A stretch of 63,735 bases of DNA, filler included, from Collodictyon triciliatum (lineage: Eukaryota): the NCBI GenBank assembly GCA_043381765.1. It is 11 parts of 11 records of this genome, joined end to end, with 100 filler letters (N's around TTAATTAATTAA, not from the genome) between each part and the next. Parts side by side here need not be neighbours in the genome. Positions count along the whole stretch, not along the records: positions 40,638 to 46,340 come from JBHJMP010005009.1; positions 46,441 to 52,143 come from JBHJMP010005010.1; positions 52,244 to 57,939 come from JBHJMP010005011.1; 8 more parts are not named here. The stretch is one strand, 5' to 3'. The notes under the pieces were generated by a model. That model did no database searches and was not told the origin of the DNA. It saw nothing but the letters and a program-made list of their open reading frames with translations. Position numbers and translations under genes: made by a program. Of the stretch, positions 42,854-55,263 are shown in pieces; the stretch's first letter is position 1; each line of letters opens with the position of its first letter.

Positions 42854-45800
42854 TTAACTGGTAGCAGCTTCGCCCCCAGCTTTGTCCAAGTCTTCGAAAG
42901 TGGAAAACGGAACGGGCGGGGGTTCGAATCGGTCGGCTGCCACGAGCGAATGCGGTGCTGGGAGATTATCCAAGACAACTTGCTCAGTCGGCACCTACGA
43001 TTTCCATGAGGGAGATAGACCGACGAAAGAAGGCAGATTAAGTGTTTTGGTTGGCGCTCCAGTAGAATCATGAGCGTGGAAAAAAGTGCTGCATGCTGTG
43101 AGATAATATCAAATATATGTATGATGCGGCGAAGGGTATAGCAGCTTCACGAAGGAAGAAAAGGATATATGTTGCTGAAAGGAAAGGCTCAAACATCATC
43201 AAAATAAGCCGAATCGTTCTCGGTCTTGTATCTGAAAAGAAAATGTGTGGTTTTTTTTATCTCGATAAATTGGTATATTCAACTTTAATAATGATTTGTT
43301 TGTATATCGGCACTTATAAATGAAGAGATGATAGAATTGTTTTTTCTCAACTAAATAAATAAATATGCAAAGGGAATTATTTCAAATATACAATATCATA
43401 CTTGGACAGCAAATCCTTTATCGCTGGATAGTCTTTCTCAATAATTTGTTTGAATCCAAACTCGGGGCACTAGTAGAAAGGATAAATGAGCGCTTGATTT
43501 CGAGGACTTTATTTTTTTTATGTGCATATGTTAAAAAAAAAATTGTGAAACGAATTAGGCTTACCTTCTTTGTTTCCAGTGCACGAAATTTGGCATCTGC
43601 AAGCTGGATGGTAGCGACGGAGAGCCCATATTTTCTGAGTCATTGTGTTTTCATGTAGATTTTAGACCCCAAAAGTTTAATCGATTATTTCGGAGATATG
43701 GGGCAGTGTATATAAAAAAGAAAAAACCGTCTATGGTCCAAGTAAATGATTGGAATCTATCAAATATATGGGGGGGCTTACCCAGCCAGGTAGTGGACCT
43801 CTGCAGAGTACCTCAGGGTAAGTCCAAAGTAGTAATTCTATTTAAAAAAATTACATAAGTTAATGCAATAATATACATATTAATGAATATATATATATGT
43901 AGCCTTCTACCACACATCCTAGTCGAGTGGTTGGCATAGATTTCATACTAGATTGATATCATGCATCATTCATTGAAATTCAAACAACTGTATAAGGAAA
44001 TGATTGCATTACAAACTTACAAAGTAGAAGTTGATGTATACTTTCACATCTTTATCGATGTATTTCAAAACTGTTGTGGTACTCTCCAGTAGGGTTTTGG
44101 CCGTGTAATATTTACTAAAGAATGTTCCATATCATATCTTCATCAGACCAGGTCGAATTCATGTCCAAGGTCATGAAGGAGATTAACCACAGTATTTAGA
44201 TAGAAGAAGTGTTCTTTTACTTTTTAGCGTCCAGACATAATCTTGCAAGGACACTGGTTGAGGATGAAGTACACCGGGCCTTCAAAATAGAGATAGCCTG
44301 TGCCTCAGCCAAGCAGAGACTTTGAAGTTATTTGCAATAGGATGAAAAAATACGATTTAATATATGGTAGACATATTGTCAAATACATTCTAGATGGGAA
44401 AGGTTGAAATATAACCATGAAAAGAGAAATTGCATTAAAGGGTGCGAGAAACTGTAGAATTATCGGTTGCTTTATATAAAAATTTTCAATAATTAAAAAA
44501 AAAAGGAATTCATAAATTTCAAAATAAAGACCTTGAGAGGCCATTCGCAAAGCTGGGTACCATTTCGGGCAGTCTTTCGTCAGGTATTAAGAAGAAACGA
44601 GGTAACTGGTAAGGCGAAAAAGTTATTCGCGAAAAACAAAAGCATAGTACGCCCAACATAATAGAAAAGACCAGGCAAATTTGCTAATTAATCTCTTCGC
44701 TCATATAATAAGTTACAATATTAAAAGAAAAACCTGGACAGTCGCAATAAATTCGAATAACCCTGCAGCAATCCGGTAATGTTTTGCTCCTATCTTGCTT
44801 TGGGTTGTGATACATATTAATGTTATTATTTTTCTCAACTAATCCCACAAAAACATATTATTTGAGGGATGTATGATATTTCGTACAAATCCTCGCTAAA
44901 AACTTTGGCAGAGTGAAAGGAAGAGCAGTTCTTATGAGCTAAGGAGCAGTTGACGTATGCCAAAACCTAATGTAAATTAAATATATATCAGCGATAAAAA
45001 AGACCTCATACTAGCCATATGGAGAAGGTGATTGTTGGTTTCGAATGCATATTTGAAAAAAAAATTATTTGTAATTGGACTCTAAACATCTTGAAATAAT
45101 CGGTATTATTAAAAAAAAATCATGAGAGGTGCAGGATAACCAGATTAAAATATGATATCACCAAAAAAGTCAATAAGAATATTACGTATATAAATCAACA
45201 TAATCACATTTTATCATATGCTACTGCTATTTTTGTTTTGTTTTCTGTTATTGAAATGTGCCTACACTTTGTACATATGTTAATATCTTTCACAATTCAT
45301 TATCATACATATTCCGCCATGACCAGCTCAAAGCAGTATGATTTTGAACGCATCGAACTCTCGGAAGGGTACTGGTCAGGGTCAACAAGGCCGCTGGACC
45401 ACTCTATGGCTTTTATAGAAATAATAGTAGTAAACTTCAGATTGGAAAGGAAGAAAATGATATTCATCGAACCCGGTGGTAAATTATTGTAAATAATAAT
45501 CTGTCCTCATAAAAAGCTGACATTATGGACACAAAATTTGAGGGAATCTGAGAATGGATAACTAAAAAAAAAAAATACATCCAGACAAAATAAGAGATAC
45601 TGTGGCACCATAAATATTTTTTTCTTCTCAATCAGCCACCGTACATATATTCATGTGCGGGTGCATCTCTGGTTTGTTGATTATAGAATTATTCAAGGCA
45701 CGACAACCAGGAAGGTATGCCAGAGCAGCCTAAAGTACAAATAACCGCGGCTGAATATTAGTTAGGACTATCGATAAAGTCAAAATGAAATAGAAAAGAA

Positions 45801-46154
45801 AAGAAAGGAAAAGAAAAGAAAAGAAAAGAAAATAATGTAAAACTATCTTGTGATGGCCGGACTATTCTCTTTGTCGTAGGAAGCATTATGGAAATCAATC
45901 GAGGAGTTTGAAATAATTAGCTGACCCCCAAATCCTCGATATACCTGCTCGATAGGGACTGCAACTCTGGCCAGGATGGCTTGGAAGAAAGTGTACCGTT
46001 GCCCAATGATCGCCTGAACAGTCTCGCGCGTGTGCTTTGTGGGTGTGTACGGCTTCTTTCCCGAAAAGAGTTTCCCGAGAGCAGATTCTTCCGAGAGAAT
46101 GAGCAGATCGGCGTTGCGTGTGCGCACATACTTTCCAATCGAGTATGACGACAT
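42854..46154 (-). CDS. Stand-alone BRO1-domain protein (BROX/PalC-like), multi-exon
   Basis: IEWSSGL..SYCFELVM, HYRIAAGLFEFI, LCLAEAQAISILKA..VLARL, KYGLSVATIQLA, ENDSAYFDD|VP are BRO1 motifs in order. Confidence 0.78.
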
Positions 46155-46283
46155 CTTGCTTGTTTCCTGAAGAGCCCTGAAGTTAGCATGTGCTTCTGAG
46201 ATGTTCAGGCTGCATGCAGCGTAACTTAGCTAGTTTTACTTTTTTTTGTTTTTGTTTTTTTTTTGTTTTTTTTTTTTTTTTTT

Positions 46284-46340
<57 letters not shown>

Positions 46341-46440
46341 NNNNNNNNNNNNNNNNNNNNNNNNNNNNNNNNNNNNNNNNNNNNTTAATTAATTAANNNN
46401 NNNNNNNNNNNNNNNNNNNNNNNNNNNNNNNNNNNNNNNN
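46341..46440. other. Artificial contig linker
   Basis: N44-TTAATTAATTAA-N44. Confidence 0.99.
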
Positions 46441-46533
<93 letters not shown>

Positions 46534-46557
46534 GAACAATACAAATAAAATAATAGC

Positions 46558-46633
46558 AATAGATATGGTCCTATGGCATAACCTCGCTGCACTTTGAATC
46601 GAATAGAGGAAAAAAAAGTAATAGATATGGTCC
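46558..46633 (+). mobile_element. LINE 3'-end stub with 14-bp TSD
   Basis: AATAGATATGGTCC repeats flank TATGGCATAACCTCGCTGCACTTTGAATCGAATAGAGGA(n). Confidence 0.88.
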
Positions 46634-46671
46634 ATTACATTAACAATCTAATATTTAAATATATGAATTAG

Positions 46672-49600
46672 GTCAAAGTTCCAAAGACATTTTTAGGAGA
46701 CCTTGCATTCAGTTCCCAATATAATAATTGGTTCATAGCATGTGCAACGGGACAAACGTACTCTTCTAGTTTCTTGAATCTAACCAACGGAGGGGTAATT
46801 AGTTTAAATGTGTTTCTATGGACATACTTCCATATATTAAAGAGAAACAAAAGTTTACTTTGAATCGAATAAAGGAAAAAAAGAAACAAAAGTTTAACGC
46901 TTTTAATTTGAAAATTAGTTGTGCAAAGAAAAGACATATCGATGCAACGAAGCAAACCTAATTGATTTCATAAATCCGAGGAATATAAAAAATGAGCAGG
47001 TTAATATTTTACATGAATGATGCATGAAACTTGAGCTTTCGCACAAATTTGATGGTGGCTCTTTTTTTAGATATTGGAACATAATGGATCTTCAGAAACT
47101 GTGATAAAGATACCTTTTGTTGGTTCACAAGGAATATTGATGTTCCCAATTTTCCGTTCGGATGATGATATCGGAGATGAGCTGGGAATTTATCCAACGA
47201 TGATAAATGAAGAATCTCTTGAAAAATACTCAGGCTTATATGATATTGTAAAAACATTCTCGAACCAACTTAATGTTTAGCTATTTCGATGCAAAATTAC
47301 AATTTTTATCATTCTACTGACATTTACAATTTCAAGACAACTATAACTATGATAATTCCGGTTATTAATATATATGTCATTCAAAATCCTATCAAAAAAG
47401 GTGCGTTTCGAGATTCATTCAGACTCTGTCGACACTCGCATTACAATAGCTCTAAATTCAACAAAATCTGGGAACAATTGTGAGGAATTTACACGTCGCT
47501 TTATCAGCTGTATATGTTCATCTATTTATTAATTTTGGACGTGATTTATTAATTTATACCACTAGATTTAAGCCCTATGCTAGAGGTTTTCATTGATAAA
47601 AATGCAAGATATTGGTTTGGTTCAACTTCCACCTCAAAAAACACTGGAGTTAGGATTCACCCACAGAACGGATGGGAAATATATATTCATATCGACGTAG
47701 AGAAGTTGACCTCTACAATAACCGTAACTTAAATTAAAAATAATTATTAGTATAATTTTTTCTTTACTTTCTCACACTATTATATCATATTCGATGATAA
47801 AATTGTAAGTTGATGCACTTATGTGCTCTTTCATGCAGTCAAGCGATGAACAATCCACACCAAGGATTCTTCAGGATTCTGTCATAGTGGAAAGTCATTC
47901 TATCTTTATATTTGTACCCCAGACGTTCTTGGGAAATATGGATGATATGCATACATGGTCGTTCGCTGTTGTCTCTGGAATAAGATCTGGTTAGCAAAAT
48001 GTTTTTTTCCTTTTTCTTTCTTTATGTTTTTATCTTTCTTCTTCTTCTTTGTCCCTCTCCCCGTCTAACTCTTAAAAATTTTTGAAAAAACTTTAGCTTG
48101 TGTTTTATTGTTTATGTTTGTGTTTTTTTGGTTTTGGTTTTGGTTTTGGTTTTGGTTTTGGTTTTGGTTTTGGTTTTGGTTTTGGTTTTGGTTTTGGTTT
48201 TGGTTTTGGTTTTGGTTTTGGTTTTGGTCTTTGTTTTCTGTTTTTTTTTTTGGTTTTGTTAGGTTTTGCTTCAATCAAAATGCCCTGATACTATTTACTT
48301 TTATTTTATACAGAAAGTGGAGCCTTTTTGGATTTACAGGATACCACGACAGATGAAAATTTCAGTCGGAAGCACTCTGGGTTATTATACAATATAATGG
48401 ATTTCGTGGCTCCTGGTAATGTCATTATACTTTCCATACACTCAATATATTGTAGATTCTCCATTATCACATCTCTACTTGAATGAAAAAGTGTAAACAA
48501 GTATATTTTTTTTTTGATTGCGTGTAGGTGAAATTCAGAAAAAGGTGATAGAATCCTGGATTACCAACCCGGAGTACAATTTTTTGCCTTTTGTTGGAAG
48601 CGATGTCTCAATTCTGATAACGGATGCTTTATACGATGTAAGTAAAAGACAATCAGAGGCAGTAAAAAGAACACGAAGGATGAAAATGAACATATAGAAT
48701 GAATACCAGGAAAGGAGCAACAGTAAAACGGACAATAGAGAAAGGATATACGAACAACAGAAAAAAAAAACCATTTCAGCATAAAGTGTTTTTTTCCCCT
48801 ATTTTTCTCATAGGACTTCAAAGAAGATGAATTCGGTATTTATCCTCTAAATCCATTCTTCAATGGAAAAAAAGGTTTTGATATTATATCGAAAAATCTG
48901 CTCTTAGCGTATAATTCCTAGATAGCAAAAATTAAAAATGATGCTATACTAACAGAAATAATTATATGGGTATGAATATAAAATCCAATCCTTTTATTTT
49001 AACTAACACACCAACATCTTTATACAAGGACTTTTCGATATTTTATCTTTTTCGATTCAACACGGTCCAAGCTTCACCAGATTCAGTATCAAAATGGGCT
49101 CTTTTTCTGATTCCTCCAATGATATCTTGCCCATTGGATTCTTGGCCACGCAGATTTATATAGATACAAATCGCATACACAAAAATGGATGCTCAGAATC
49201 TGTTGGGCATGCGAATATCACGCCAGACAATCAATACTATTGGGAATACTCTATATTTTCTTTTGGAAACATGACACATCTTTACCGATGTAACGGAAGT
49301 GTTTTTGTACAAAAAGCTTCGACATTTAATATCAAGAGAGATACCTACGCATTTTACTTTGATATACCATCAGAGGACCTTCCAAGTCCACAACGATTGT
49401 GGAATTATGTCGTAGTTAGCGGAGCGATTTTTGATAACCAAGTAAATTCAATAATAATTTTTTGTGTTATGGCACGCCGAGTTACTTATTTTAGTATTAT
49501 TTCCGTCGTTTCATAGAAAAAATTGGCCCGCGTCTCTGAAAACCCGACCAGCATAACATTTGGGGGCGGGGACAAGAGTGGCTACAGTCCAAATATTATC

Positions 49601-51950
49601 GACATTGTTGCAAAGAACTCGGACGTCCAATCGCATGCAATTAATAGCTTCAACGCCCCAAAGTATTTTAATCATATTTTTTTAATTATTCCTTTCAATT
49701 TGTGCAATGTGGTGAGGGTTTTTTTTTGTAACCATAGATTTACTGTTTTTATAACCATCTGCACAATAAAAATTGAGTTAAACGATATTAAAATAGGAAA
49801 GAGTTCTCTACGGTTTATCCGATAGGTTTTGATTTAACCGCTGCAAAAAAAAAATTGGGAGTCAGGCGATTCCCCGAGGGATGAGAGAGGAGAGTATCCA
49901 ATTGAACTTGAGAGATATAAGGTATTTTGAAAAAAATCAAGAAAATCAGGCTTCACGATGAGAAAAAAATATCACTTGAGTAATTGAAAATATAATTTTC
50001 TGATTATTTCAAAAAATATTTATCCCGTAATTATCTTTATTTATAATATAGGGGACAGGATTATTTGATATATTGTACTTTGAATCAATGGAAGATTTGG
50101 AAAGGTTACTTCTGCGTGTGACTTTTTCAAATTTATTGGCGAAAAACGCAGGTGGTTTATGGAAAACAGAATATTTGCTTCTACATATCTACATTAATGT
50201 AGATGGGGATTCGGGTACTGGCTCATCAAAGGTGGTATCTGATTTTTTTATTATCATTGTATTGGAGAAGTCATTCTAGATATTAATGTTTAATATAATC
50301 TCAAAACACTTTGAATCGAATAAAGGAAAAAAATGTTTAATATAATCTCAAAACACTTAATAGGCGCTGTTTAATGCAAACTTTGGTGTTAACCCTTTGT
50401 ACGGATGGGAATATGCTCTGATAGCTGGGCCTCATGGGGCTCAATTTTATTCATTTGATGAAATTTTGAAAACTCCGACTGTAAGACTATGTTATGAAGT
50501 GTTTTTATTATATTCCTATAATAATGATAAGTTATTTCTCCTAGAGAATCGCGCTTGATCCGAAAATGATTTTTGAGGGAAATACGATATCTTTAATTTT
50601 ACCATTGAATATATTGTTAACCCCTGAGCCCTCGTGGTCATATTTGGTTCTATCAGGTTATCATTTAAGCTTGAGTTTTCTTTGCATATATTAATTTTTT
50701 AAAGAAAAGTGTTAAGTTTATGATAAAATAGGAATGGAATCCATGATACCTTGGGAATTGGTATTATTATCAGAGGAATCCACCCATTCAACTTTTGGGG
50801 GCTCTCAAACCACCCACTTTACACCCAACCTTATTGACCTACTTACACACACCAGTGAAGACCAAGAAGTGGTATTTTGCATTTAACTATATGGCCATAT
50901 TATTTGTTACCCTATTTTTTTAATATAATATAATATAATATAATATAATCCGAAACTTGAGTATAGAGTTTTCTTACGCCTTGGAAATCCTAACTATCTG
51001 TCTTATTTTCATGATTTACTTTTGATTGAATAGAATTATAATTTTAGTAATCATTTTATTCTCTTGAAGATATTTTCGGAGTGTCGATCCCTGATCAACA
51101 CAAAGTGCTTCATTCCTTTTATTGGAGGATCAGACTTACGGTTTCTTTTTGAATTGAATGACTCAACACATGATGAATTCGGTCTCTATACCACAAACAA
51201 GGAGATGAATGGAATCGAGCCTTCCGGACTCATAGATATGACAAATTTCGGGGTTTTCTACAATTGGACGCATTTTATCATGACTGTAAGCTTTCGAGAG
51301 GCTCTTACCAACCCACGCAACTATACTCTTGGATTCTCCTTACCGATCGTGTCAGTGTACTGCCATGATCAATTTCAGGTGATAATATAAGACTCCCGCT
51401 TAATTCAAAATATTCAAAATATGCATCAAATAGCCGCAAATTTCTATGTCTCAACTTCAATAACTTATATCTACAAATAATTACTCACTTTCACGCATTT
51501 AATTTTACTTTATAGATACGTGGGCGGTTTGAAGCGGGAGATAAATCATTTCTCGATCTCCAGCACCCATGGAATTGGGTGATTCTCGTTCATGGCAAAG
51601 GAGCTTCACTTAAATTTTCGGATTCTTGGCCTGGCTCTATGATCGACTTTCAATATGCAGCCCAGAAACGTATTATTGTGTCGCTAGACGAACAAGATCG
51701 TAAAATTAGGGTAACTCAGATCCAAATCTATTAAAAGAGGATGAATTTTTATTTATTTATTCATGACTGCGCTAGCTATTGACATATATGCTAACAATCT
51801 TAGTATTCATCAATTTGATATTAAATTTAGATAATTGTCCCAAAGAACTTAATCGGAAATCCAAGTGAACAGTGGCAGTATAGTGTATTCGTCGGATTAT
51901 GTGATCCATCATCTAATGATTATTCTCTTAGAAATAAAATACCTTCAGTG
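46672..51950 (+). CDS. Intron-rich gene (partial at both ends) encoding >=5 tandem glucodextranase-C / DOMON-like (amylopullulanase SLD-type) domains
   Basis: Recurring blocks: D..xDExGxYP..GLxDI, GFSLPIVSVY / IYID..G, GWEY / WEYSI, IIVPKNLIGNP..WQYSVFVG, FGGG...PNIIDIV..Q, LPFVG. Confidence 0.65.
46843..46896 (+). mobile_element. LINE 3'-end stub with 15-bp TSD (intronic)
   Basis: AGAAACAAAAGTTTA repeats flank CTTTGAATCGAATAAAGGAAAAAA. Confidence 0.85.
48124..48228 (+). repeat. (TTTTGG)n intronic microsatellite
   Basis: Seen directly. Confidence 0.95.
50285..50358 (+). mobile_element. LINE 3'-end stub with ~22-27-bp TSD (intronic)
   Basis: AATGTTTAATATAATCTCAAAACACTT repeats flank TGAATCGAATAAAGGAAAAA. 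Confidence 0.85.
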
Positions 51951-52143
51951 GTAATCTTTTGAATTTACCAAAAAGCTGGATAATTTCTTTATTGTAATTA
52001 TTACTAATCTTATTCATATACCGATATCGATTTCTATTCCTATTCCTATTCCTATTCCTATTCCTATTCCTATTCCTATTCCTATTCCTATTCCTATTCC
52101 TATTCCTATTCCTATTCCTATTCCTATTCCTATTCCTATTCCT

Positions 52144-52243
52144 NNNNNNNNNNNNNNNNNNNNNNNNNNNNNNNNNNNNNNNNNNNNTTAATTAATTAAN
52201 NNNNNNNNNNNNNNNNNNNNNNNNNNNNNNNNNNNNNNNNNNN
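52144..52243. other. Artificial contig linker
   Basis: N44-TTAATTAATTAA-N44. Confidence 0.99.
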
Positions 52244-55200
52244 TTTGGTTTTTTTTGGTTTTTTTTGGTTTTTTTTGGTTTTTTTTGGTTTTTTTTGGTT
52301 TTTTTGGTTATGTTTGTTTTGTTTTTCATCACGATTATGCAGGCAGCTCATAAGTAAAAAAACAAATTACAATCATCATTTTCTCATTAGAACTCACTTG
52401 ATTCTAGTGCACAGAGTCTGAGAGGTGAGAGCCAATGCTCCATCTGCCACTGATAAATGAATTCGCCTGGAGTCGCAGTCAAGCAGCATTTTTTTTTTAA
52501 AAAAAAAATTAACAAAGAAAATCCAGGAAAAAGAGAAACAAACAATAAAAAAAAAAAATTAGTTGCAGAAAGTATAACGAAAAACTGGCAATAATTGTCC
52601 AAAGTTGTTGCTACTTGTATTCCTTTATATGTGTGTCTTGTTTATGCAAATGTGCAAATATTTAAATGCGACCTGGGAAATTGATTCCAGCGAGAGTGAT
52701 TACTATGCAGTGCAAACTATATGTAGCAAAAAATTGTATTAAATAAAACCCAGATATAGATAATTATTATCAAGTTCGTCAATATGACAAATTTTCCACA
52801 ATGGGATACAGAATCGGAGACTGTAAAAAAATGAAGACCAATCAAGCCACCGAAAAAACCGCACTCACGAAAACGGTGCCTACTCACTACCGCACTTCAC
52901 GGACGCCGCGAAAGGACAAGAATAACGAAAACCACACTAACCACGGATCAAGGCGCACTTCCTACCAAGAAAATATATATTATCTGAGGTCGACTTGATG
53001 TTCCGAACGATCGCGTTGATCGCCTACGGTTCACATTCATTCGTAGTGCCTCCAAATCCAACTTCAAAAAAAATCCTCCTTTTCGAACATAGTGCCGCAA
53101 CCAAACAAACCACAGATACTAAATTATAATATGGGTGTTTCCTTGTGAGAAAACATTCAAAAATTCAAGTTTCGGAGGAATATTCACAAAACGCTCTCGT
53201 TTCTTTTCATACCAAACCACACAAACTCAAACAAACTTTATTAGGAGGTGTGTGCGCCTGCGGTAGTAACCTACTGACAAAGGTCCTTAGTTGATTTTGA
53301 TTCAGTTTATAATAAATATAATTTTTTTTCAAAGGAACACAAGAAATGACTTCAGGATGATGGTCGCACAATCGTCCTTAATAAAAAAAAATGTTATGGG
53401 GACACACGCATATCCAGGTCGGTTTAACTACATCAGTACATTCTTACAATATCCGATATGCGTCCTTACTATATTTCCCAAAAAATTCTTTCGGAAATGT
53501 GTATGTAGACACTTTTTCTGATAACTCTTAACCTTATCTTGGATCTTATATAAAGAATGTTTTGAATTATACTCAAATAACCTATAAAGTACATAACTAT
53601 CTTCCAAAAAATAAGGGTTACATTTTATCCATCATTTGCAATCAATAGATTCATTTATAATTTCAATTACATCGTATTTATCGTAGCTCGAGTATTAAAA
53701 ATTTCCCGAGCTTTTTTCTGCAATAAAAATCTCCTATTGATTAATTAAAAATGAATTATGATTTTACTCATTCTAGATTATGAGACTTGCTGTTTACAAA
53801 TATTTCGCTCTAGAAGTGTTTTTCTTTGAAAAAACAACATGTTTGACAATTTTCCTTTTTGTTTCCTCAGTTCATTTGAAATATATTTTAAAAGCATTAA
53901 TTCTCGCTAAGGTGAAACGCTGTATTGAATATCTGTGAGCACCAAGGTTATCAAACTTAAAATTGAGAAATACTGGCCATTTTCGATGTAATTTCTAGAT
54001 TTTATTCTTTTAAAAATATACATCTTTCCAAAAATTGTCAACAAGGCAATCTAACTATTTACAACAGCTTCCTCATGAAACAAGTATGGATAAATTGAAA
54101 CTATTCAATAAAAACGTTATGTTTTTGAACCTTTTTCTGAGAAAATTCAAATATTAAAACGGTTTCTCTTTTTTATTCCTGTCCATTTTTCGACATCTGT
54201 GGTACAGCTAATTCAGAAACATGTAATTCTATTGAAAAATACCATGTAATTGGCTGTTATACTTTTCAATAGATTAATGACGTATCGAAAAGTGGATGTC
54301 CTAGATTTTGACTCAAACTTACAACGGCATAAATATCGCGACTTTGAAAGCCTCACGTTATGTTTTCCTCAAAATAAGGAAATACCAAAAAAAAAATAAC
54401 GCAAATAATCAATATTTTTACCTATTAGCATTATTTTTTCATTTAATATGATTGTTAGCTTAATATTTCATAATACAAAAAACATCTAGTACATAGTATA
54501 GTGGAATAATTTTTATTTTTACTTGAAATCAATTTTGAAACGCTACTGACTTATTTTTATCTCATTTGTGGAAGATGAATTTTGACCTAACAGATATGTT
54601 GATGTAAAATATTGGAATTTTTATTGAAGAAAGGAAACCTGTCATGACTAAATTATACATCTATATTCTATCTTTTCATAAATTTTTCCTGTTCACTTCC
54701 AACATTTTTGGGTTTCCCTTTTTATTCAAAATTTTAGCCAAAAAGGCCAACGTAACCAGTTCTGTTATATTTAGCATTATCATGATTAAACTCAGTATTG
54801 ATTCTTTTGGAGTGTTTTGATTTTAATTTATCATAATTATCAGATTGATTTCTCTGATATGGAATATATTGTTATCTGCAAATAAAAATTATATTTTTTG
54901 GTTGATTAGATTTAATACTGTATTTTTTAAATACCATATTAATTAAATATCTAGAGTATCATATTGAGATTCATATCATTACTAGTATATATTTTCAAAT
55001 TTTGATATTTTTATTTCTTCATTAGATTTTACAGTTTTTTCAAACATTTTAATCTAATGCTTCATGATTAAGACAATATCATAACCTCTATTTAAAAATA
55101 TAAATCTGTGACAATTAAGATATGAGTGGCCAAAAGTGAACATTAATTTTCATAGTAACACAGTTTTTATAAACCTTATAGAGACTATGAAGCATCTATC

Positions 55201-55263
55201 GAGCATAATCTTTTCCAGAGTAATAATCGGTAACAATATTACCAAAAGAAAACAACCATAAGA

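Noticed and set aside
48124-48228. (TTTTGG)n as telomeric repeat
   Set aside because: Short, internal and intronic; one of many SSR types in this genome.
52340-53100. Possible 5' exons of a minus-strand gene
   Set aside because: Some splice-like signals, but no recognisable protein motif or consistent model could be built.
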